Shown one piece after another: positions 6,973 to 16,127 of a stretch of DNA of 64,000 nt. The notes beneath the pieces were generated by a model. It was not told where the DNA came from, did not search any database, and saw nothing but the letters and a program-made list of their open reading frames with translations. Source of the stretch: Candidatus Longimicrobiales bacterium M2_2A_002 (GTDB taxonomy: Bacteria > Gemmatimonadota > Gemmatimonadetes > Longimicrobiales > RSA9); NCBI GenBank assembly GCA_051418035.1, contig JBPRGE010000112.1, positions 5,109 through 69,108 of the forward strand, in the 5' to 3' direction. Positions within the stretch are counted from its first letter, which is position 1, and each line of letters starts with the position of its first letter. The translations under genes and the position numbers were made by a program.

Positions 6973-8094
6973 ATGAAGCGCCTTCTCTTGTTCATTTTCG
7001 CCCTCGCCGTGGCTGCGGCGCCGGCACGGGCCCAGCAGGACCTCCTGAACGCCTGCTCCCCGGACAACCTGACCATTGTCGCCAGCCCGCCGGTACCGGG
7101 CGGCGTACCGTCCGACGTCGAGAACCAGTTCAGCTTCCTCTGCGGCCAGGTGGCCAGCACGCTGTCGAATGTGCAGCCGTCGGTCGGGATCGCCTTCTCG
7201 GGCGGAGCGCACACCTTGGGCTCCTACAGCACGATCGGCCGGCGACTCGGCCTGCTCCCGCGGATCAGCGTCACCGCCCGGGTCAATGGCGCGTTCGCCG
7301 ATGTGCCGGACATCCTGGGCGGCGCCTTCGACCCCGCGGTCACGGACGGCGGGACGGTGGCCGGAATGCCGACCACGGGGATCCCGGTGCTCTCGGTGCA
7401 GGGGGACGTGGTGGTCGGCCTCTTCAACGGGTTCTCCTTCGGCCCCGCCCTGGGAGGACTCGGCGCCATCGACCTCCTGGGCAGCGTGTCGTTCATCCCG
7501 TCGATCCAGGACGTGGAGGACGCCATCGGCCTCGATGAGACGATCTTCAACTACGGGATCGGTGCACGGGTCGGGATCCTTCAGCAGGGGCTCGTGGTCC
7601 CCGGCGTGGCGATCAGCGCCATGTACCGGAACATGGGCGACGTGACGTTCGGCGACATGGACAACCCCGCCCCCGCCGCGTTCGCCAGCGACCTCTCGGT
7701 CATCAGCCTCCGGGCCGGCATCAGCAAGGGCTTCGCCATGCTCGACCTGGCGGCCGGCGCCGGCTACGACATCTACACCAGCGACACCCGGCTCAACTGG
7801 AACCTGACGTACGAGTGCCCGGCCAGCCGCTGCGGGACCGCCCAGACGGTGCAGCTGCGGCCGGAGAGCCCGCTCGCGGGTGAGCTCGAGTCGGCCGCCT
7901 GGAACGTCCACGCCAATGCAGGGCTGAACCTGATGCTGCTGAACGTCGTGGGCGAGGTGGGCTACCAGAAGGCAACCGACGTCCTGGACGTCGACGCGTT
8001 CCAGGAAGCAGGCCTGCCGCAGCAGGCTCCGACCCTCGAGGCGCTCGACGGTGGCCGGTTCTTCGCCAGCCTGGGCGTTCGCGTCACGCTCTGA
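6973..8094 (+). CDS. Secreted, probable outer-membrane beta-barrel protein
   Basis: GGAGGAG RBS; signal peptide MKRLLLFIFALAVAAAPARA; alternating beta-strands; C-terminal FFASLGVRVTL. Confidence 0.7.
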   Translation: MKRLLLFIFALAVAAAPARAQQDLLNACSPDNLTIVASPPVPGGVPSDVENQFSFLCGQVASTLSNVQPSVGIAFSGGAHTLGSYSTIGRRLGLLPRISVTARVNGAFADVPDILGGAFDPAVTDGGTVAGMPTTGIPVLSVQGDVVVGLFNGFSFGPALGGLGAIDLLGSVSFIPSIQDVEDAIGLDETIFNYGIGARVGILQQGLVVPGVAISAMYRNMGDVTFGDMDNPAPAAFASDLSVISLRAGISKGFAMLDLAAGAGYDIYTSDTRLNWNLTYECPASRCGTAQTVQLRPESPLAGELESAAWNVHANAGLNLMLLNVVGEVGYQKATDVLDVDAFQEAGLPQQAPTLEALDGGRFFASLGVRVTL

Positions 8095-8154
8095 GCCGCG
8101 GCACAGGACGGCGCGGCCGGGGCCCCGCACAGGGGGCCGGAACCGCCGTTGACC

Positions 8155-8192
8155 GGCGCCGGATCCGGGGACGGATCCGGCGTCGTCGTTTT
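8155..8192 (+). terminator. Intrinsic terminator
   Basis: 13-bp stem GGCGCCGGATCCG/CGGATCCGGCGTC followed by a short T run. Confidence 0.5.
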
Positions 8193-8339
8193 CCCTACAG
8201 CAGGTGCGTGGAACGCCCCACGGCGTGGTGCGTAGGATTCCCCCATCGGAGAAGGGGTTATTCCGGGATTGAACCCCGTACACCTTACGGCTATCTTCGG
8301 GCTCGACGATGCAATCCGACGAAGCCAGGAGGAGCCGTC

Positions 8340-9044
8340 GTGGTCAGTGACGGCATAGTGATCGAAGGGGTGGCGAAGCGGTTCGGGCGCAAGTGGGCGC
8401 TCCGGGGCGCGAGCTTCCGGGCGGAGCCCGGGACGGCGCTCGCCCTGATGGGCCACAACGGGAGCGGCAAGACCACGCTGCTCCGGGTCGTGGCCACCAC
8501 GCTCCGTCCCACCCGGGGCGGCGGCCGTGTTTTCGGTTGGGACCTGCTCAAGGAGACCGACGAGATCCGTCATCACGTGGGCGCGCTGTACCACGAGCCC
8601 GGCGTCTACGGCGACCTGACGGCCCGGGAGAACCTCGAGTTCGCCCAGCGGATGCGAGGCGGCGAGAGTGAGGTCCCCATCGACGCGGCGCTCGACCGGG
8701 TGGGCCTCGGGCACGTAACGGAGGAGCGGGCGGCCGGGTTCTCGTCGGGGATGACGCGGCGACTGGCGCTGGCGCGGCTGGTGATGCGGCCTCCCCGGCT
8801 CCTGCTGCTGGACGAGCCGTACGCGAGCTTCGACGCCGACGGCATCGAGCTGGTGAACGCGATAGTGCGGGGGACGGCCGACAGCGGCGGGATCGCGCTG
8901 GTCGCGACCCACGACCCGGAGCGATCGTCGGCGGTCGTGGACGATGTGGTGACGCTCCAGGAGGGGCGGGTCATTCCGGCTCCGGGCGCGCAGCCGGCCC
9001 TGAAGGCCGAGGCGGCAGCGCTGAAGGCGGAGGCGGCGAAATGA
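8340..9044 (+). CDS. ccmA: Heme exporter ATP-binding protein CcmA
   Basis: Walker A GHNGSGKTT, LLLLDEP; first gene of ccm operon; GTG start with AGGAGG. Confidence 0.9.
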   Translation: MVSDGIVIEGVAKRFGRKWALRGASFRAEPGTALALMGHNGSGKTTLLRVVATTLRPTRGGGRVFGWDLLKETDEIRHHVGALYHEPGVYGDLTARENLEFAQRMRGGESEVPIDAALDRVGLGHVTEERAAGFSSGMTRRLALARLVMRPPRLLLLDEPYASFDADGIELVNAIVRGTADSGGIALVATHDPERSSAVVDDVVTLQEGRVIPAPGAQPALKAEAAALKAEAAK

Positions 9045-9727
9045 GCTTCAGCGGCGAGCTGAGTCGCGTACGCGCGGTCGCGTGGAAGGACCTGACCACG
9101 GAGCGTCGGTCGAAGGCGAACTTCAATGCGGTGGTCTTCCTCGCCGCGCTGATGCTCCTGATGTTCGGGTTCGCGCTGGGCCCGGACACGGCCACGCTCC
9201 GAACGGCGGCGGCGGGGATCCTGTGGCTGACCGTGCTCTTCAGCGGGAACCTGGCGTTCCACCGGTCGTACCAGGTGGAGCTGGATGGGGGTGCGCTGGA
9301 GACGCTGCTCCTGTACCCGGGCGCACGGAGCTCGATCTTCCTGGGCAAGCTGCTGGCGAACCTGGTGTTCGTCCTGCTGGTGGAAGTGGTGCTGATCCCG
9401 CTGGCGATCGTGCTCTACGACATCCCGATGACGGGGACGCTGGGGCTCGTGGTGGTGGTGGTCTTCCTCGGGACGTTCGGCTTCGTCACGCTCGGTACGT
9501 TCTACGCCTCGATGGCGAGCCGTAGCCGGGCCCGGGAGGTGCTGCTGCCGCTGCTGCTGTTCCCGATGCTGGTCCCGGTGCTGGTGGCGGCAGTGGAGGG
9601 GACGTCGACGCTGCTGGCCGGCGATGCCATGGGGGACGCCGGCCGGTGGATCCAGCTGCTGATTGCGTTCGACACCATCTTCCTGGGCGCGTCGATCCTC
9701 GCGTTCGGGGCCGTGATCGAGGAGTGA
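9041..9727 (+). CDS. ccmB: Heme exporter permease CcmB
   Basis: KDL.E.R start, six TM segments, REVLLPLLLFP motif. Confidence 0.92.
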   Translation: MSFSGELSRVRAVAWKDLTTERRSKANFNAVVFLAALMLLMFGFALGPDTATLRTAAAGILWLTVLFSGNLAFHRSYQVELDGGALETLLLYPGARSSIFLGKLLANLVFVLLVEVVLIPLAIVLYDIPMTGTLGLVVVVVFLGTFGFVTLGTFYASMASRSRAREVLLPLLLFPMLVPVLVAAVEGTSTLLAGDAMGDAGRWIQLLIAFDTIFLGASILAFGAVIEE

Positions 9728-9728
9728 T

Positions 9729-10448
9729 ATGGACGAGATGAAGGCCCTTCGAGAGAAGCGGGCGCCGACCTGGCTGGTGGCGCTGACGTTCGTGGCGCCC
9801 GTGGTCGTGATCGCGGCCCAGTGGTTCGGGTTCGCGTACTCGCCGACGGCCGAGGACTTCCAGGACTCGCAGAAGATCATGTACGTGCACGTCCCGGCGG
9901 CGTGGAACGCCTTCCTGGCGTTCTTCGTGGTCTTCTGGGGCAGTGTGGTCTATCTGATCAAGCGGACGGAGCGCTCCGACCTGCTGGCCGCGTCGGCGGC
10001 GGAGATCGGCGCCGTGTTCACGGGTCTGACTCTGGTCCTCGGCTCGATCTGGGGACGCTGGGCGTGGGGCGTATGGTGGACGTGGGACGCGCGCCTGACG
10101 TCGACGGCGGTGCTGTTCATCATCTTCGTGGGCTACCTCTCGCTGCGGTCGTTCACCGAGGACCCGGAGCGGCGGGCCACATGGAGCGCCGGTGTAGGGA
10201 TCTTCGGGGCACTGAACGTGCCGATCGTCTACATGTCGGTGCGGTGGTGGCGTACGCTGCACCAGGCCCAGTCGACGCCGGAGACGCTGACGCCGATCTA
10301 CAAGTGGGCGCTCCGTGCGAACGCGGTGGCGTTCCTGCTGGTCCTGATCGTGTTCATCAGCTGGCGGTACCGGGCGGCGAGGATCGAGCGGCGCGCGGAG
10401 GCACTTCACGAGGAAGCGGTCCTGGAGGGGGGGCAGCTCCATGCCTGA
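9729..10448 (+). CDS. ccmC: Heme chaperone-loading protein CcmC
   Basis: YVHVPAAW; WWD motif WGRWAWGVWWTWDARLT; WWRTLHQ. Confidence 0.95.
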   Translation: MDEMKALREKRAPTWLVALTFVAPVVVIAAQWFGFAYSPTAEDFQDSQKIMYVHVPAAWNAFLAFFVVFWGSVVYLIKRTERSDLLAASAAEIGAVFTGLTLVLGSIWGRWAWGVWWTWDARLTSTAVLFIIFVGYLSLRSFTEDPERRATWSAGVGIFGALNVPIVYMSVRWWRTLHQAQSTPETLTPIYKWALRANAVAFLLVLIVFISWRYRAARIERRAEALHEEAVLEGGQLHA

Positions 10449-10581
10449 TGCGAACGTCTGGAGCTACGTGATCGCGGCGTACGCGGTCACCTGGTTCGGG
10501 CTCATCGGATACTCGGTGCGTCTGTTTCTGTTGACTCGGCGGGCGAAGGACACCGTCGCGGAGCTGGGAGGTGAGGGGTGA
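10441..10581 (+). CDS. ccmD: CcmD small membrane protein
   Basis: Not in ORF track; MPDANVWSYVIAAYAVTWFGLIGYSVRLFLLTRRAKETVAELGGEG between ccmC and ccmE, overlapping both. Confidence 0.8.
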   Translation: MPDANVWSYVIAAYAVTWFGLIGYSVRLFLLTRRAKDTVAELGGEG

Positions 10582-11018
10582 ACAAGAAGACGATAGGCGC
10601 TCTGGGCGCCGTGCTGATTCTCGCTGGATTCGGCTACCTGATCTGGGGCGGGCTGGGGAGCAACCTGGTCTACTTCCTGACTCCGTCGGAGCTGCTGGCC
10701 CGGGGGAACGCCGCGTACGAGACGCCCGTGCGTCTCGGCGGCAAGGTGGTGCCGGGCTCGATCAGCTGGAACGCGGAGGAGCTGGACCTGCGGTTCCGCG
10801 TGACCGACGGCAGCGACACGCTGATGGTCCAGTCCACCGGCGCGCCGCCGGCCATGTTCAAGGACACCATGGGCGTGGTGGTGGAGGGGCGCTACAGCCG
10901 TGAGGGCGTCTTCCATTCGACGAACCTCATGGTCCAGCACTCGAACGAGTACCGGGCGCCGCCGGAGGGGCACCGTCCGGTGGACACCTACGAGACGCTG
11001 ATTCGCGAGGACGGGTAG
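10578..11018 (+). CDS. ccmE: Heme chaperone CcmE
   Basis: NLVYFLTPSE, VRLGG.V, heme-binding HxxxY (HSNEY). Confidence 0.95.
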   Translation: MNKKTIGALGAVLILAGFGYLIWGGLGSNLVYFLTPSELLARGNAAYETPVRLGGKVVPGSISWNAEELDLRFRVTDGSDTLMVQSTGAPPAMFKDTMGVVVEGRYSREGVFHSTNLMVQHSNEYRAPPEGHRPVDTYETLIREDG

Positions 11019-11022
11019 ACAC

Positions 11023-13032
11023 GTGATTCGTCTCCTCGGATTCAGCGCGACGGCGTTCGCCCTCGGGCTCGCCGTCTACGGCGCCCTCGCGGCGTACTGG
11101 GGCGTGCGCTCGAAGAAGCCGGCCCTGGTGGCCAGTGCGCGAGCCGCCACCTACGCCATTCTCGGGCTGATGCTCGTGGCGAACCTGGGCATGGTGTACG
11201 CCCTCGTGACCCACGACTTCAGCATTTCCTACGTCGCCCAGGTCGGGAGCCGGTCGACGCCGACCTGGATCTCCATCATCTCGCTCTGGAGCTCGCTGGA
11301 AGGGTCCATCCTCTTCTGGGGGCTGATCCTGGCCGCCTACACGGCCGCCGTCACGTATCTGCACCGTGACCGAGAGAGCGACCTGTTCGGAGTGGCGACG
11401 GGGACGCTCCTCCTCGTCGGCGCATTCTTCTACATGCTGCTGCTCGGGCCGGCCAACCCGTTCCACGAGGTGTTCCCGGTGCCGGCCGATGGCCCGGGGC
11501 CGAACCCGCTGCTGCAGAACCACTGGCTGATGGCCGTGCACCCGCCGCTCCTGTACTTCGGGTACGTGGGGATGGCGGTGCCGTTCGCGTTCGCCGTCGG
11601 TGCACTGGTGACCCGGCAGACGGACGCGCGGTGGCTGCACGTCACCCGCCGGTGGACGCTCACCGCCTGGGGCTTCCTCTCCCTGGCGATCATCGCAGGG
11701 ATGTGGTGGTCCTACGAGGTGCTGGGCTGGGGCGGCTACTGGGCGTGGGATCCGGTGGAGAACGCATCGTTCCTGCCGTGGCTCACCGCCACCGCCTACA
11801 TCCACAGCACGATGGTCCAGGAGCGGCGCGGGATGCTCAAGCTCTGGAACGTGAGCCTGATCATCTCGACGTTCGTGCTGACGATCCTGGGGACGTTCCT
11901 GACCCGGAGCGGGATCCTGTCGTCGGTACACGCGTTCGCCGAAGGCGACATCGGGTACTACTTCCTCGCGTTCATCGGGGTCACGCTGCTGGCGAGCGTG
12001 GCGCTCGTGGCCGGCCGCAGCGAGGAGCTCCGGAGCTCCGGACGGCTGGAGTCGGCGGCGTCGCGTGAGACGGTGTTCCTGTTGAACAACCTCGTGCTGG
12101 CCGCCTTCACCTTCACGGTGCTCCTGGGCACGCTGTTCCCGCTCGTGGCCGAAGCGCTGCGGGGCGTGCGGGTGACGGTGGGCGAGCCGTTCTTCAACCG
12201 GATGACGCTGCCACTGGCGGTGATGCTCCTCTTCCTGGTCGGCGTGGGCCCGGTCCTGCCGTGGGGGAAGGCGAACGAGCGGCACTACAAGCGGTTCATC
12301 ATCCCGGGCGTGGTCGGCGTGCTGGCGCTGATCGGGTTCCTGGCCGTCGGGGCGCGGCACTACCTGGCGCTCCTGGGCTTCGGGTTCGCCGGCTTCGCGC
12401 TGGTGGCGAACCTCGGCGAGTTCGTGATCGGCGCCGCAGCCCGACGCCGGGCCCACGGCGAGGATCCGATCACGGCCACGTTCCGACTGATGAAGGCGAA
12501 CCCGCGCCGGTACGGCGGCTACACCGCGCATATCGGCATCCTGCTGGTCTCGGTGGGGATCATCGCGTCGTCGACGTTCACGCTCGATCGCGAGTTCACG
12601 CTGTCGAAGGGCGAGACGGCCACCATCGGCGACTACACGCTCCGGTTCGAGGACATCTGGGGGAACGACGAGCCGCGCCGGTTCGTCATCAACGCCCAGA
12701 TCGCGGTGCTCAAGGGCGGCGATCAGATCGCGACCATGAACCCGCGGCTCAACTACTACCAGATGAGCGACTCGCCGATCTCGACGCCGGCGGTCCGGGA
12801 GCAGCTGCACGAGGACCTGTACCTCACCCTCATGGCGTTCGAGCAGGACGGCGCGAACGTGACGATCCGGGCGCTCGTGGAGCCGCTCGTGGTCTGGATC
12901 TGGATCGGCGGAATCCTGATGGGCGTCGGCGCGGCCGTCGCGCTGCTCTACCGGAGCCGACGGGCGGATGACGCGCGTCCGCGGACGCCACGACCGGACC
13001 GGACCGCGAAGCGGGAGGAGGTCCCGGCGTGA
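11023..13032 (+). CDS. ccmF: Cytochrome c heme lyase CcmF
   Basis: NPLLQNHW..HPP, WSYEVLGWGGYWAWDPVENAS, SVHAF. Confidence 0.97.
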   Translation: MIRLLGFSATAFALGLAVYGALAAYWGVRSKKPALVASARAATYAILGLMLVANLGMVYALVTHDFSISYVAQVGSRSTPTWISIISLWSSLEGSILFWGLILAAYTAAVTYLHRDRESDLFGVATGTLLLVGAFFYMLLLGPANPFHEVFPVPADGPGPNPLLQNHWLMAVHPPLLYFGYVGMAVPFAFAVGALVTRQTDARWLHVTRRWTLTAWGFLSLAIIAGMWWSYEVLGWGGYWAWDPVENASFLPWLTATAYIHSTMVQERRGMLKLWNVSLIISTFVLTILGTFLTRSGILSSVHAFAEGDIGYYFLAFIGVTLLASVALVAGRSEELRSSGRLESAASRETVFLLNNLVLAAFTFTVLLGTLFPLVAEALRGVRVTVGEPFFNRMTLPLAVMLLFLVGVGPVLPWGKANERHYKRFIIPGVVGVLALIGFLAVGARHYLALLGFGFAGFALVANLGEFVIGAAARRRAHGEDPITATFRLMKANPRRYGGYTAHIGILLVSVGIIASSTFTLDREFTLSKGETATIGDYTLRFEDIWGNDEPRRFVINAQIAVLKGGDQIATMNPRLNYYQMSDSPISTPAVREQLHEDLYLTLMAFEQDGANVTIRALVEPLVVWIWIGGILMGVGAAVALLYRSRRADDARPRTPRPDRTAKREEVPA

Positions 13033-13619
13033 GCTGGAAACGGGCCGGGATCGCCATGCTGATCACGATCCCGCTGATCATGCTCTTCGCATGGGGCCTG
13101 CGGCGGGGCGACCCGCGGCTGATCCCGTCGCCGCTGGTCGACCAGCCGGCGCCGGACTTCGCGCTCCCCGTCATGGCCAGGGACGGGCCCGTGGACGGGG
13201 AGGAGACCACGGGCGACACGGTCCGGCTCGCCGACCTGCGCGGCGACGTGGTGGTCCTCAACTTCTTCGCGTCCTGGTGCATCCCCTGCCGGGCGGAGCA
13301 CCGGGACCTGACCATGACGGCCCGCCGGTACGCGAACCGGGGGGTGAAGTTCTTCGGCGTGGTCTACAACGACGAGCCGCCGGCCGTCCGCCGGTATATC
13401 CGCCAGCTCGGCGGCCAGAGCTACCCGGCGCTGCTCGATCCCGGCCAGCGAGTGGCCATCGACTACGGGCTCGTGGGTGTGCCGGAGACATTCTTCATCG
13501 ATCAGGACGGGATCGTGCGGCGGAAGGTGTTCAGCGCCGTGAACGCCCGGATCCTGACCGAGGAGATCGAGGCGATGCTCGCCGCAGAGAACGAGGAAGA
13601 GGAAGGGGTGGGCGAATGA
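13029..13619 (+). CDS. ccmG: Thiol:disulfide oxidoreductase CcmG/DsbE
   Basis: N-terminal anchor, NFFASWCIPC, GVPETFFID. Confidence 0.9.
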   Translation: MSWKRAGIAMLITIPLIMLFAWGLRRGDPRLIPSPLVDQPAPDFALPVMARDGPVDGEETTGDTVRLADLRGDVVVLNFFASWCIPCRAEHRDLTMTARRYANRGVKFFGVVYNDEPPAVRRYIRQLGGQSYPALLDPGQRVAIDYGLVGVPETFFIDQDGIVRRKVFSAVNARILTEEIEAMLAAENEEEEGVGE

Positions 13620-14143
13620 GCCGCGCCGTCGTCGTGATGCTGGCCGCGGGGCTGGGCGCTTTCGCGCCGCTGACCGCCCAGGATACGATCCCGGTCCCGG
13701 AGCCGGCGGAGGAAGCGCCGGCCTCGACCATGGAGGGGCTGACCGGCTCCACGATGGGGCCCCTGGAGGACTCGGCCCAGGAGGCGCGCGCCACCCGGCT
13801 GGCCTCCGAGCTCCGGTGTCCGGTGTGCCAGGGGCTCTCCATCCACGATTCGCCGTCGCCACTGGCCCAGCAGATGAAGGACCTGATCCGGAGCCAGGTG
13901 GTGGCCGGCCGGACCGATGAGGAGATCCACCAGTACTTCATCAGCAAGTACGGCGAGTGGGTCCTCCTCGAGCCGCAGGCCGAGGGGTTCAACCTGCTGG
14001 TCTACGCGCTGCCCGCATTGATGCTGCTGGGCGGCGCCGGACTCATCTTCGTTGCGGTACGGCGGTGGACCGTCGCGCCGGAAGGGGTCGAGCCCGGCGG
14101 CGACGAGAACGTCGAGGGAGGGGGCGTCGGGCGGAGCGCCTGA
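13616..14143 (+). CDS. ccmH: Cytochrome c biogenesis protein CcmH
   Basis: LRCPVCQGLSI, YGEWVLLEP; ATGA overlap with ccmG. Confidence 0.92.
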   Translation: MSRAVVVMLAAGLGAFAPLTAQDTIPVPEPAEEAPASTMEGLTGSTMGPLEDSAQEARATRLASELRCPVCQGLSIHDSPSPLAQQMKDLIRSQVVAGRTDEEIHQYFISKYGEWVLLEPQAEGFNLLVYALPALMLLGGAGLIFVAVRRWTVAPEGVEPGGDENVEGGGVGRSA

Positions 14144-14301
14144 CGAAGAGGACCCCGGCGAGATGAACGCCGGCAGAACGAGGGCCTCGCGGCGGACCCC
14201 GCCCGCCCCTACATTCCGGACGCGGCACAGGGACCCTGAGCGGGCCACCGCTGTATTGGGAGCCCGAACGCCACGCGCACCTGCACACGGCCGGAACAGC
14301 G

Positions 14302-15174
14302 ATGTATCCCCATCTCTTCTCCATAGGCGACTTCACGGTCACCTCCTTCGGGCTCATGATGTTCCTCGCGTTCGTCGGGGGCGCCTGGGTCCTGGCACGC
14401 CAGTTCGAGCGACGCGGGATCGATCCGGAGCACGCCTGGGACATGCTGATCTGGATCGCCATCGGCGGGATCGCCGGTGCGAAGCTCTACTACGTGGGGC
14501 TCCACCCCGCGGACCTCATCGCCGACCCGCTGCGCGCCCTGACGAGCCGGGGCGGGCTGGTCTGGTACGGCGGCTTCATCGGCGGCGTCGCCGCGTTCTG
14601 GTGGCAGGCCCGGAAGCGGGAGCTGCCGCTGGCCCTGACGTTCGACAGCACCGCGCCCGCGCTGGCGCTGGCCTACGCCATCGGCCGTATGGGGTGCTTC
14701 CTCGTGGGCGACGACTACGGCCGGCCGACCGATTCGTGGGTGGGGATCGCCTTCCCGGAAGGCTACCCGCCCACCACGGCCGGGTACTTCCGCTCCATCG
14801 GGTACGAGATCGCGCCGTCGATCCCGGACACGGCCGTCCTGACGGTGATCCCGACCCAGCTGTTCGAGGTGGCCGCCGCGCTGGTCATGTTCGCGATCCT
14901 CTGGCGGATCTCCGGATCGCTGCGGGCCGGCCGGCTGTTCGCCGTCTATCTGGTGCTGTACGGGATCGAGCGGTTCATCATCGAGTTCTGGCGGGCCAAG
15001 ACCGACTTCATCGCTCTCGGACTGACCACGTCGCAGGTCGCGAGCCTCATCCTGCTCGTGATCGCCGCCATCATCTGGCGCCGGACGGCGGACCGGCCGC
15101 TCCCGGAGCCCGCTGCGGTCGGCGACGATGGGACCGGCAGCCCGGGGGACGGCGCCTCCTCCCAGCGTCGGTGA
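14302..15174 (+). CDS. lgt: Prolipoprotein diacylglyceryl transferase
   Basis: MYP.LF.IG, GGLVWYGG, IGRMGCFL.GDDYG.PT, PTQLFE, RFIIEFWR. Confidence 0.92.
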   Translation: MYPHLFSIGDFTVTSFGLMMFLAFVGGAWVLARQFERRGIDPEHAWDMLIWIAIGGIAGAKLYYVGLHPADLIADPLRALTSRGGLVWYGGFIGGVAAFWWQARKRELPLALTFDSTAPALALAYAIGRMGCFLVGDDYGRPTDSWVGIAFPEGYPPTTAGYFRSIGYEIAPSIPDTAVLTVIPTQLFEVAAALVMFAILWRISGSLRAGRLFAVYLVLYGIERFIIEFWRAKTDFIALGLTTSQVASLILLVIAAIIWRRTADRPLPEPAAVGDDGTGSPGDGASSQRR

Positions 15175-16127
15175 CCGTGGGCGGCCGCACCCTCGCAGCG
15201 CTGCTCCTGGCGCTGACGGTCGCGGGCCCCACAGCCGCCCAGGAACGCGACCGGGAAGCCCGGGATCAGACCCCGCGGGACACGGCGGCCCAGGACACGC
15301 TCCCCCGGGATACCGTCGTCGCCCGGCAGCCCGGTCTGGGGTACCGGCCGGCAGACCTCTCCATCGCGGTGATGGCGGGGCTGCCCGGCGGAGGCGAGGC
15401 CCAGAACCACCCGGTGCGCCTCTGGCGGACCGATCTCGCCGGCGCCGTGCTCGACTCGGCCGTCCTGAGCCGGACGGTGGAACTCCGTGGTGGCGTCTAC
15501 GGCGGCGTCTCCGGCGCCCTCGGGCTGGGCCGTGACTGGGCCGTCCGGCTGGGGCTCGGGATCACGACCGGAACGCTGGAAGCCAGCTACGACGGGACCG
15601 ACCCGATCTTCGTCACCTCCGCCAACGCCGTCGCCGGGAATACCGCCGATCTCGAGATCGTCACCCTCGAGTCGGTGCTGCAGTACCGGATCCCGTCCAC
15701 GCGGCGGATCCAGCCCTACCTCGAGCTCGGCGGCGCGATCAGCCGCTGGACCGCGGAGGGCTCGCTCCGCGAGGCAGCCGCCCTGCGCTCCGGCGTGACG
15801 CGCTTCGAGGTCCTGGCCGGCGTGGGCGGGATCATCCCCATCACACGACGCTTCTCCGCCCGGATCCACGCCGCGCAGCGCCTCTTCCGCACGCCGGTCC
15901 CGATCCCGGCCGTCGGCGACACCGTGCTCACCAGCTCGGCGCTCGTCCTCGTCTCCCGATCGCCCGCCTCGACCACCTTCGCCGACGCGGCCCGCGAGTC
16001 GCTGGGCCTCATGCGCTTCCAGCTGGGCATCAGCTACGACCTGGGGCGCCCGGCCCGCCCGCCGGCCGCGGTCATGGAGCCGCCTCGAGAAGAAGCGCCC
16101 GATACGACGTCGTCTCCGCCCCGCTGA
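15171..16127 (+). CDS. Secreted, probable outer-membrane beta-barrel protein
   Basis: GTG overlapping lgt stop; signal peptide ending PTAA-QE; strands such as IQPYLELGG and FQLGISYDL. Confidence 0.6.
   Translation: MTVGGRTLAALLLALTVAGPTAAQERDREARDQTPRDTAAQDTLPRDTVVARQPGLGYRPADLSIAVMAGLPGGGEAQNHPVRLWRTDLAGAVLDSAVLSRTVELRGGVYGGVSGALGLGRDWAVRLGLGITTGTLEASYDGTDPIFVTSANAVAGNTADLEIVTLESVLQYRIPSTRRIQPYLELGGAISRWTAEGSLREAAALRSGVTRFEVLAGVGGIIPITRRFSARIHAAQRLFRTPVPIPAVGDTVLTSSALVLVSRSPASTTFADAARESLGLMRFQLGISYDLGRPARPPAAVMEPPREEAPDTTSSPPR

Noticed and set aside
8998..9040. 21-bp tandem repeat at the ccmA 3' end (ALKAEAA x2)
   Set aside because: Simple tail duplication with no evident functional signal
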